From Deltaproteobacteria bacterium (GTDB lineage: Bacteria > Desulfobacterota > Desulfobacteria > Desulfobacterales > SpSt-501): DNA of 64,000 bases. Below the pieces are notes generated by a model, which was not told where the DNA came from, did no database searches, and saw only the letters and a program-made list of their open reading frames with translations. Positions 38,816 to 46,264 of the stretch are shown here, in pieces (the first letter of the stretch is position 1; each line of letters starts with the position of its first letter). Location: NCBI GenBank assembly GCA_016219005.1, contig JACRCN010000084.1, positions 73,042-137,041 of the forward strand. The letters are read 5' to 3'. A program made the position numbers and the translations under genes.

Positions 38816-40081
38816 TTACCTCCTCTCCAGAATGGTGAAGGTGCAGGTCCCGCCGGTTCCCCCGAGGTTATGCGCCGCGCCGATGCGCAGGTTGGGGTTG
38901 GGGACCTGTCTATTGCCGGCCTGGCCCCGCAACTGGGTCCAGACCTCGTAGAGTTGGGCAACCCCTGTTGCACCCACGGGATGGCCTTTCGATTTGAGGC
39001 CTCCTGAAGTATTGATGGGCCTGGGGCCGTCGAGGCGGGTCATCCCGTCGGCCACGGCTCTGTGGGCTTGCCCCGGTTTAACAAAACCCAGATCCTCCAT
39101 GGTCACGAGTTCGGCGATGGAGAAGCAGTCGTGGACCTCTGAAAACTGTATGTCGTTCGGGGTCAGGCCGGACATTTCATAGGCCGCGTTGCCTGCCGCA
39201 CGGGTGGCCTCATAGCTTGTGAGATCTTTTTTGGCATGGAGGCTGTAACCGCTGCCCTGGCCCAATCCGGCCACGTGGATCGGCACATCCGTGAAGTTGC
39301 GAGCCATGTCTTCGGCTACCAGGAGCATGCAGGCCGCTCCGTCGCTGATGGGACAGCAGTCAAAGAGATGCATGGGCCAGGCTACCGGCGGGTTCGCCGC
39401 AGGGTCCGCAAGATAGGCCTTCTCGTCCTTCCAGGCGGGGACGGGCTCTGCCTTTTTCTTGGACCTTTCGATCCGGGCGTTCATGAAATCCCGGACGGTC
39501 ATTGGAAACTGGGCCTTGGGGTTAAGCGGGGCGTTATTGTGGCTTTTGATGGTCACGTTAAAAAGCGCTTCCCGGGTGGCCCCGTACTTGGCGAAATAGG
39601 CGGTCGCCATCGTCCCGAAAACCCCGGGGAAGGTGAATCCCGCCGCCACTTCGTACGGACTCGCCGCCATCGCTAATCCCTCGGCCACTTCTTCGGTCGA
39701 ACATTTTGACATCTGCTCGAAGCCGCCTACCAGCACGATGTCATACATTCCCGAGGCGATGGCCAGCACCCCTTCCCGGAACGCCAGGGCGCTGGACGCG
39801 CAGGCGCCTTCCGTGCGGGTGACGGGCTTGGGCACGTTCCCCAGCAGATCGGCTATGATCGGGGCCCAGTGGGATTGTTTCACAAAAAAATCATTGGTAA
39901 AGTTTCCGACATAGACCGCATCGATATCTTTCGGGTCGATGCCCTTGTCCACGGAGTTGACCATTTCCGTGTAGGCTTCGGCAAAGAAATCCTTGCAGTT
40001 GCGGTCTTTGAAAAGGCCCAACTTGGTCAGTCCGCCGCCGACAACCGCAACTCCCCGGGCCAACTTTCGTTTTCTTGCCAT
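38816..40081 (-). CDS. Thiolase-superfamily protein (SCP-x/BbsB-like non-canonical thiolase)
   Basis: 'RGVAVVGGGLTKLG', active-site 'EGACASSALAF', C-terminal 'HNLGGTGG'. The start was moved to the ATG at 40081, preceded by AGGAGG. Confidence 0.85.
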   Translation of the reverse strand: MARKRKLARGVAVVGGGLTKLGLFKDRNCKDFFAEAYTEMVNSVDKGIDPKDIDAVYVGNFTNDFFVKQSHWAPIIADLLGNVPKPVTRTEGACASSALAFREGVLAIASGMYDIVLVGGFEQMSKCSTEEVAEGLAMAASPYEVAAGFTFPGVFGTMATAYFAKYGATREALFNVTIKSHNNAPLNPKAQFPMTVRDFMNARIERSKKKAEPVPAWKDEKAYLADPAANPPVAWPMHLFDCCPISDGAACMLLVAEDMARNFTDVPIHVAGLGQGSGYSLHAKKDLTSYEATRAAGNAAYEMSGLTPNDIQFSEVHDCFSIAELVTMEDLGFVKPGQAHRAVADGMTRLDGPRPINTSGGLKSKGHPVGATGVAQLYEVWTQLRGQAGNRQVPNPNLRIGAAHNLGGTGGTCTFTILERR

Positions 40082-40156
40082 CGGCTCCTCCTTAACTGCA
40101 CTATGAAAATGCCATGTGGAAGATAATAAGAGTGCTCGCAACTGTTTCCGGTCGGC

Positions 40157-40936
40157 TCATCCCTTGCGGATAATATATCCATCCGGATCAACCTCTTTCC
40201 GAAGGACGTCAAGTTCTTTTTCGGTCGGAGGCGGGGTCGCGACAATATTCTTGGCCTTGAGCAGGGGGAACCCACAATTTTTCTGCACATCCTCGAAGGT
40301 GAAGCCGTGGTGGATGGATTCCACCTGCATGCGCTTGGTCTCCTCATCGTACCCCAGAATGGCCATGTTGGTAATCACTTTATGGGGGCCGCTCTCTTCC
40401 GGCAAACCGGCTTTCTCGCGTGCTCCCGGCCCGTCCAGATAGCCAGGGGAGGTGATGAAGCTGACCTTCTCGACGAAACGCCGGGCATCCTGCGGAGTGA
40501 TCACCAGAATCCTCCAGCAGAAGGAGGCAAAATCGTTGGCACCTCCTGATCCGGGCAGGCGCGCTTTAGGCTTTTCCCAATCCCCGATAACCGTGGAGTT
40601 GAGATTGCCATACATGTCGATTTGGGCCCCCCCGAGAAATGTGTAATCCACCATTCCCCGCTGGCAGCTCTCCATGATATCGCACATGCCGCTGGCCATG
40701 ACACTCCTGTAATAGGACCGAGAGTCTCCCACGGATATGGGCATTTTGCAGAGCACGGGAGCGATTCCCCCGGCCTCAAACATGATGACGAGATCCGGGG
40801 CATGCATCTTATGGGCAAGCATCGAGGCGGCCAGTGGCGCCCCCGTGCCAACCCCTACGGTGGCTCCGTTTTCCAGAATGCGGGAAGCCGCTATCACCAT
40901 CAGTTCCATCGTATTGAATTCAGGCATGGCATTCAC
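40157..40936 (-). CDS. Family I CoA-transferase subunit B (glutaconate CoA-transferase beta-like)
   Basis: 'VGVGTGAPLAA', 'FEAGGI', 'GGAQIDMYGN'. It overlaps the subunit A stop. Confidence 0.8.
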   Translation of the reverse strand: MNAMPEFNTMELMVIAASRILENGATVGVGTGAPLAASMLAHKMHAPDLVIMFEAGGIAPVLCKMPISVGDSRSYYRSVMASGMCDIMESCQRGMVDYTFLGGAQIDMYGNLNSTVIGDWEKPKARLPGSGGANDFASFCWRILVITPQDARRFVEKVSFITSPGYLDGPGAREKAGLPEESGPHKVITNMAILGYDEETKRMQVESIHHGFTFEDVQKNCGFPLLKAKNIVATPPPTEKELDVLRKEVDPDGYIIRKG

Positions 40937-41933
40937 TCCTTTTTGTTCTCAAATCGATCATGTGCTCTTCGGCACGGAGTTGATTGATACGTTTGATGCC
41001 GCCGCAGAGTTCCAGGTACCCCTCGAAGTCCTGCACTCCATAGATGTATTGATCCATGAACTTTTTGAAAGACGCAGGCTCCTTCTCGCTTTCCAACCAG
41101 AGCTTTAGTTGCTCTTCGTCGGAAAAGTACTCATCCACCATGTTTCCCGGGTAGGCGCCGAAGGGGACTTCGCAAACGGCATCGACCAGGAAGTAAGGAA
41201 TCTGGGTGGCTGACGGATCGCGACGGATCTCATCGTTGTGGATCAACCGTTCGCAGGTGATGATCAGCCGCTTGGAAGCCCGGGCCAATTCCAAATCGCA
41301 GACCGATATTCCCTTGAATCGGGCGTTGCCGTAAATGTCCGCCTCGTGAACGTGGATGACCGACACGTCCGGCCATACGGCCGGGTACAGGCAGTAAAGC
41401 TTTCCGGTAAATGGGCACCGGGCGACCTTGGCGGCGCTTCGTTTGAACGTATCCGTCCCCATGACATTGCGCCCCGGAAGGTACGACACGCCCATCGCTG
41501 CCGCCTTCAACCGGAGGGCCAGGGCGTAATTGGTCCATTCACAGAACTGCACCTTTCCGCTCTCGGAGTAACGGCGGGCATTGGGGGAGAGCCCGCGAAT
41601 CTCAACGCCGATGATGTAGGCGATGTCGCAGCGATTGAAGGTTTCTCCCGCAGCCAGAATCTGGTAATCGTGGGTGGAGGTGTGGCCGAAGAAAGCCAGA
41701 TTTTTTCTTCTTTGCCGGACGATTTCGTGGCACGCAGCCACCGGCGTACGGTTGGCGCCGAATCCGCCGATGCACAGATAATCTCCGTCATGAACGAATT
41801 GGGCGATGGCGTCTTTCAGGGGTATCACCTTGTTAGCAAGGGCTCTCTTTTTCTTACGGAAGAATGCTCGCGCCTTGTCAGCGTCCGGGTCCATGAAAAG
41901 AGGCCCTTCACCTTGAGCGATGACTTCATACAT
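40920..41933 (-). CDS. Family I CoA-transferase subunit A (glutaconate CoA-transferase alpha-like)
   Basis: A 337-aa protein with 'GDYLCIGGFG', paired with subunit B. An AAGGAGG ribosome-binding site lies upstream. Confidence 0.8.
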   Translation of the reverse strand: MYEVIAQGEGPLFMDPDADKARAFFRKKKRALANKVIPLKDAIAQFVHDGDYLCIGGFGANRTPVAACHEIVRQRRKNLAFFGHTSTHDYQILAAGETFNRCDIAYIIGVEIRGLSPNARRYSESGKVQFCEWTNYALALRLKAAAMGVSYLPGRNVMGTDTFKRSAAKVARCPFTGKLYCLYPAVWPDVSVIHVHEADIYGNARFKGISVCDLELARASKRLIITCERLIHNDEIRRDPSATQIPYFLVDAVCEVPFGAYPGNMVDEYFSDEEQLKLWLESEKEPASFKKFMDQYIYGVQDFEGYLELCGGIKRINQLRAEEHMIDLRTKRSECHA

Positions 41934-42132
41934 AAAAAAACCTCCTTTGTTGATGTTGCCAGCGGGTGGACAATAGGATCGCTTTTTTTCGGGGTGCCGG
42001 GAGCGGCTGGGTGCGGGGCATCATCTTGGCAGTTGCTCCTTGCTCAGCAGGAGGAGATATCCGCAGTTCGGTCTGCTTCGGACCGTCTTGCCCCTTGCAG
42101 GAGCCAAGGGGGATGGTTAAACCGGTCACTGG

Positions 42133-42148
42133 AGCAATTGGCGTGCCA
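42133..42148 (-). promoter_or_regulatory. Sigma-54 (-24/-12) promoter for the CoA-transferase/thiolase/TRAP operon
   Basis: The minus strand reads TTGGCACGCCAATTGCT, a near-perfect match to YTGGCACGrNNNTTGCW, about 200 nt upstream of the CoA-transferase A start. Confidence 0.75.
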
Positions 42149-42212
42149 ATCCCATGGAAATCATGGCCGTAACAAAACGAGATGAATTATCAATACATTT
42201 CCGCATTCGAAA

Positions 42213-42227
42213 GGTTTTCCGAAAACC
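42213..42227. promoter_or_regulatory. Inverted repeat GGTTTTC-C-GAAAACC upstream of the sigma-54 promoter
   Basis: Perfect 7-bp arms read directly, about 70 nt upstream of the -24 element. Confidence 0.35.
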
Positions 42228-42253
42228 GAAGGGTGCTAAAAAATGCATGGGGG

Positions 42254-42290
42254 TTTTGCAGGCTTGCGAAACATTCGCAGGTTTGCAAAA
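42254..42290. promoter_or_regulatory. Candidate enhancer (UAS) palindrome for the adjacent sigma-54 activator
   Basis: TTTTGCAGGCTTGCGAA-ACA-TTCGCAGGTTTGCAAAA has a perfect core TGCGAA-ACA-TTCGCA and matching outer TTTTGCA/TGCAAAA arms. It lies about 110-140 nt upstream of the -24 element. Confidence 0.45.
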
Positions 42291-42331
42291 AAACGTCCGG
42301 GGGAAAAACAACGCTGCGGAAAGGAACCGGG

Positions 42332-43708
42332 TCACTTGGAAAGGGCGTGCTGCTTCAACTTTCGGTAAAGGGTCGCCGGGTGAACCTGGGCAAAATGGGA
42401 GGCGTCTTCAAAATTTCTGGAAAACTTGCGCAAAAGATTTTCTAGATATTTCCTTTCGAAGATCTCCTTGGCCTTCTCGTAGGATAAATCCATGAAGTCG
42501 CATTCTTCATCCGAGCGCAGAATGGTGAGATGCTCTTGGATGTCTATTTCGGTAATGACATCCGCCCCGTGCAGGGCCACAATTCTCTCGATCACGTTCT
42601 GAAGTTCTCTCACGTTGCCTGGCCAATCATGGTTCATCAGGACTTGCAGGGCTTTGGGATCAAAGGTCTTTTTGCCCTTATTCATGCGGGAACAATAATT
42701 TTCTACAAAATGGTCGGTGAGCAGGGCAATGTCATCCCGCCGGTCTTTGAGCAGGGGAAGATCGATTTTAATCACATTGATCCGGTAAAACAGGTCCTTG
42801 CGGAACCGCCGCTTGACCACCTCCTCCTTGAGATCTTTATTGGTGGCCATAATCATGCGCACATCCATTGGATAGGACTTCGTTCCTCCCACCCGGACCA
42901 CTTCTCTTTCCTGCAGGGCCCGGAGCAGGCGGATCTGCAGGGAAGAGCTGGCCTCGCCAATTTCGTCCAGGAAGAGAGTCCCCCCGTCAGCCTCCTCGAA
43001 ATATCCCTTGGTGGTCTTCGTTGCCCCGGTGAAGGCTCCCCTTTCATAACCGAAAAGTGTGGATTCTAGAAGACTTTCAGGCAAGGCCCCGCAATTAACA
43101 GTTAGGAATCCATATTTTTTACGTCCGCTGTTTGAGTGAATGGCTCGGGCCACCAATTCTTTGCCTGTGCCGCTCTCACCCTGTATGAGAACATTGCTTT
43201 CAACTTCGGAGGCCTTTTTGATGAACTCGAAAACTCTCTTCATACCGGCGCTTCGGCCGATGATTTGCGGGAACAGGCCTTCCGTCTTGATCTGTTGCCT
43301 GAGCGAAAGGTTTTCTTTTTCGAGTTGCCCCTGGTAGATCGCGTTTTTGATCGTGATCAGCACCTTGCCGGTCTCTTCAAAAGGCTTCATTAAAAAATCG
43401 AAAGCCCCCAGTCTCATGGCACGGACCGCATCCTCCACGGTCCCGTATGCGGTTATCATGATGACCGGCATCAAAGGGTTCATTTCGCGGATTTGTTTGA
43501 GAATGTCGATCCCGTTTGCATCTGGAAGGCGGATATCGAGGATTACCAAAGAATAGGAGGCTTGTTGAAGGGCTTGCATCCCCTCGACGCCGCTGTCCAC
43601 TGTATGTATGTGAGCGACGGTTTTTTCAAGGAGCTTCCGGAAGAATTCCCGGGCAAAAGGTTCGTCGTCGATGACAAGGACTTTTTCTTCATTGCTATTG
43701 GTGCTCAA
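42332..43708 (-). CDS. Sigma-54-dependent response regulator (NtrC family: receiver, AAA+, Fis-type HTH)
   Basis: 'LVILDIRLPDANG', 'GESGTGKELVARAIH', 'GAFTGA', and a C-terminal HTH 'ATLYRKLKQH'. Confidence 0.92.
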   Translation of the reverse strand: MSTNSNEEKVLVIDDEPFAREFFRKLLEKTVAHIHTVDSGVEGMQALQQASYSLVILDIRLPDANGIDILKQIREMNPLMPVIMITAYGTVEDAVRAMRLGAFDFLMKPFEETGKVLITIKNAIYQGQLEKENLSLRQQIKTEGLFPQIIGRSAGMKRVFEFIKKASEVESNVLIQGESGTGKELVARAIHSNSGRKKYGFLTVNCGALPESLLESTLFGYERGAFTGATKTTKGYFEEADGGTLFLDEIGEASSSLQIRLLRALQEREVVRVGGTKSYPMDVRMIMATNKDLKEEVVKRRFRKDLFYRINVIKIDLPLLKDRRDDIALLTDHFVENYCSRMNKGKKTFDPKALQVLMNHDWPGNVRELQNVIERIVALHGADVITEIDIQEHLTILRSDEECDFMDLSYEKAKEIFERKYLENLLRKFSRNFEDASHFAQVHPATLYRKLKQHALSK

Positions 43709-45194
43709 GGCAACTCCTCAGGGGCAGAACGACTGCGAAAGTGGTGCCCTTTCCCGCTTTGCTTTCCGCTTTCAAATGCCCATCGTGGTTTTTGATGATC
43801 TGATATGCAAAACTCAATCCAAGCCCATGCCGTCCCGGATTATTACCCACTGTGAAAAAGGGCAGGAAAATCTTATTCAGATATTCCTTCGGAATTCCCC
43901 GACCCGTATCAGAAAAAAGAATCTGCAATTCATTTTTTTTCTCATTCATTGCGGTTGCAACCCGCAACTGCCCTCCTTTGGGCAGCATCGCCTGAGCCGC
44001 GTTGGTGAGAATGTTCAGGAATGATTGCTTCAGTTGGATGCCATCCCCGGAGATCAGCGGGACTTTTGTATCGAAATTCACGTTTATGCGGATGGTGCCA
44101 AGCTTATCGCCGAACTGTTCCTTAAGCGTGCGGATGGAATCCCTCAAGACGTCGTGGATATCCGTCTGGGTAAACGTGAGGTGGGGATCCTTAAAACAGT
44201 TGAGCACGCTGGTTATGATCTTGAGGCATTCCTTGCCGGCACGGTGGATCGTTCGTGCCATTTCTTTCTTGGTATCCTCCTCGTCCATCTGGCGCAGGAG
44301 CATCTCTGAAAAATTAACCACCCCGATGAGCGGGTTGTTCAACTGGTGGGCAATTCCACCCATCAACTCGGAATAAAGGGCCAGTTTTTCGGTCAGAAAA
44401 AGCCTCTCTTCCAGGGCTTTCTGCTCGGTCAGGTCGCTCAGCAGCATCATTTTGGCGATCTTCCGGCCGGCGGCATTTTCAACCTCCGAAGCCAGCATTG
44501 AAGCCGGGAACAGGTTCCCGTCTTTCTTGATGCATAAGACCTCGGGTCGAAACGCCTGGCCCTCCTTTCCCGAGAAAAACATGGGTTCCTTGAACAAACG
44601 ATCAACCTTCTTTTTGAGCAACTCCCGCCTGCGGTAGCCGAAAATCCTCTCTGCCGTGCGGTTGAAGATCAGAATTTTGCCTTCCAAATCGGTGCTGATC
44701 ACAATGTTGGGGGAGGATTCTATTATGGACTTGAGGAATTTTTCGGACACCTGCAACTCGTCTGTCCGGGCTTCGACAAGCCGTTTTTCATAATAGAGTT
44801 CCTTTTCGAGCTCGTTGATCAGAATGAAATACCGGCCTGACGAAAAACGGGCTCCCCGGGCACGATAGGTCATCTGCTCGGGGTTGTATTGAGGGATATA
44901 CCGGTCAATGACGAAATTGAAAGGGGTCCCTTTTTTCAATAGATTGGCGTAGTGCTTTTTCAATCCCTGTTCCATCGTTTTGGGGAAAGTTTCGGCAAAG
45001 GTTTTCCCCAGGATATTTTTACGGGGTATCCGTGAGGTCTCCTCCTGCTTCCTGTTCATCCTCAAGACCCTTCCATCCTGATCCAGGATCATGAGACCGA
45101 TGGGCAGGTTTTCAATCAAGTCTTCGACGAAGCTCATCTTTCTGGAAGTGAGTGGTTTATAGGGCCTCATGCATTTCCCCTTTGCTATACGCAT
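43695..45194 (-). CDS. PAS-domain sensor histidine kinase (cytoplasmic)
   Basis: Two PAS-like regions, H-box 'AHQLNNPL', 'NAAQAM', 'GHGLGLS'. It overlaps the regulator start. Its own start is uncertain (45194, 45170 or 45137). Confidence 0.88.
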   Translation of the reverse strand: MRIAKGKCMRPYKPLTSRKMSFVEDLIENLPIGLMILDQDGRVLRMNRKQEETSRIPRKNILGKTFAETFPKTMEQGLKKHYANLLKKGTPFNFVIDRYIPQYNPEQMTYRARGARFSSGRYFILINELEKELYYEKRLVEARTDELQVSEKFLKSIIESSPNIVISTDLEGKILIFNRTAERIFGYRRRELLKKKVDRLFKEPMFFSGKEGQAFRPEVLCIKKDGNLFPASMLASEVENAAGRKIAKMMLLSDLTEQKALEERLFLTEKLALYSELMGGIAHQLNNPLIGVVNFSEMLLRQMDEEDTKKEMARTIHRAGKECLKIITSVLNCFKDPHLTFTQTDIHDVLRDSIRTLKEQFGDKLGTIRINVNFDTKVPLISGDGIQLKQSFLNILTNAAQAMLPKGGQLRVATAMNEKKNELQILFSDTGRGIPKEYLNKIFLPFFTVGNNPGRHGLGLSFAYQIIKNHDGHLKAESKAGKGTTFAVVLPLRSCLEHQ

Positions 45195-45299
45195 CGAAGC
45201 GCATCGATAAAAACCGGCATGGGCGTTGGCAGGCTCGCTGTCCGGGCGGATTTCCGTTCCTCAAAAATTCAGGATGTGACTCTGTGCTCTGTGCCTTTT

Positions 45300-46193
45300 T
45301 CAGACGCGGCCGCCGCTCCAGCGCAACTTCGATTTGAGGACGTCGAAGTAGGGGCGGCCCGGCACGTTGATGAGGTTCAGGGGGTGGCTGCTCTGGCGCA
45401 CCGTGATCACGTCCCGATCGGTGAGGTCGAGCCCTTTCTGCCCGTCGAAGGTCAACAGGATGTCCGAAGATCCCTTCTCCAGCCGGATGCTGATTTCGGC
45501 GGTGTCCGGAACGACGAGCGGGCGGTTGGTGAGGGTGAACGGGCAGATCGGGGTGATGATGATGCCCGGCACCTCCGGGTGGATGACGGGTCCGCCCGCG
45601 GCGAGCGAATAGGCCGTGGAGCCGGTGGGGGTGGAGACGATGAGGCCGTCCGCCCGGAACGTGGTGAGAAAGTAACCGTCGATGTGGGTGTCGATGTTCG
45701 CCAGCCGCGCGAGAGCCCCCTTGTTGATCACGATGTCGTTCAGCACGGTCTCCCGGGCAATCTCCTGCTTGCCCCGTGTCACCTGGACGTCCAGGCGCAT
45801 GCGCCGGGTAAGGGTGAACTTGTTGGCCAGGACGCGTGCCGCGGCCGTGTAGAGATGCTCGGCGGCGGTTTCCGCCAGGAAGCCGACCACCCCGAACTTC
45901 ACCCCCAGGACAGGTGTATCCCGGTCCCCGATCCAGCGCACGGCGCTCAGGAACGTGCCATCGCCTCCCAACACGAACACGCAGAGCAGGTCCTCGGGCG
46001 CTACGGCATTGCGGCGTTGGAAACCCCGCGGCACGGGCGACGGGCTCTGCCTCCGAAAGACCTCGACCCCTCTGGCCTGCAGCCAGGTTTCGAACTTTCT
46101 GGCTGTCGCGGTGGTGCGGGGGTCCTTCTTGACGTACACACCGACCCGGCAGACGCCGGAAGGCACATTTTCCCGGGGTTGTTTTTTTTCCAC
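45300..46193 (-). CDS. nadK: NAD+ kinase
   Basis: '[13 protein letters not shown]', 'GFLA', '[16 protein letters not shown]'. Confidence 0.9.
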   Translation of the reverse strand: MEKKQPRENVPSGVCRVGVYVKKDPRTTATARKFETWLQARGVEVFRRQSPSPVPRGFQRRNAVAPEDLLCVFVLGGDGTFLSAVRWIGDRDTPVLGVKFGVVGFLAETAAEHLYTAAARVLANKFTLTRRMRLDVQVTRGKQEIARETVLNDIVINKGALARLANIDTHIDGYFLTTFRADGLIVSTPTGSTAYSLAAGGPVIHPEVPGIIITPICPFTLTNRPLVVPDTAEISIRLEKGSSDILLTFDGQKGLDLTDRDVITVRQSSHPLNLINVPGRPYFDVLKSKLRWSGGRV

Positions 46194-46264
46194 GCGGTGA
46201 GCGTCCTTCCTGTAAGGGAGTTCACGTCTGTTTATATATGGTGCAACGGTGAATCACAAGGGAG

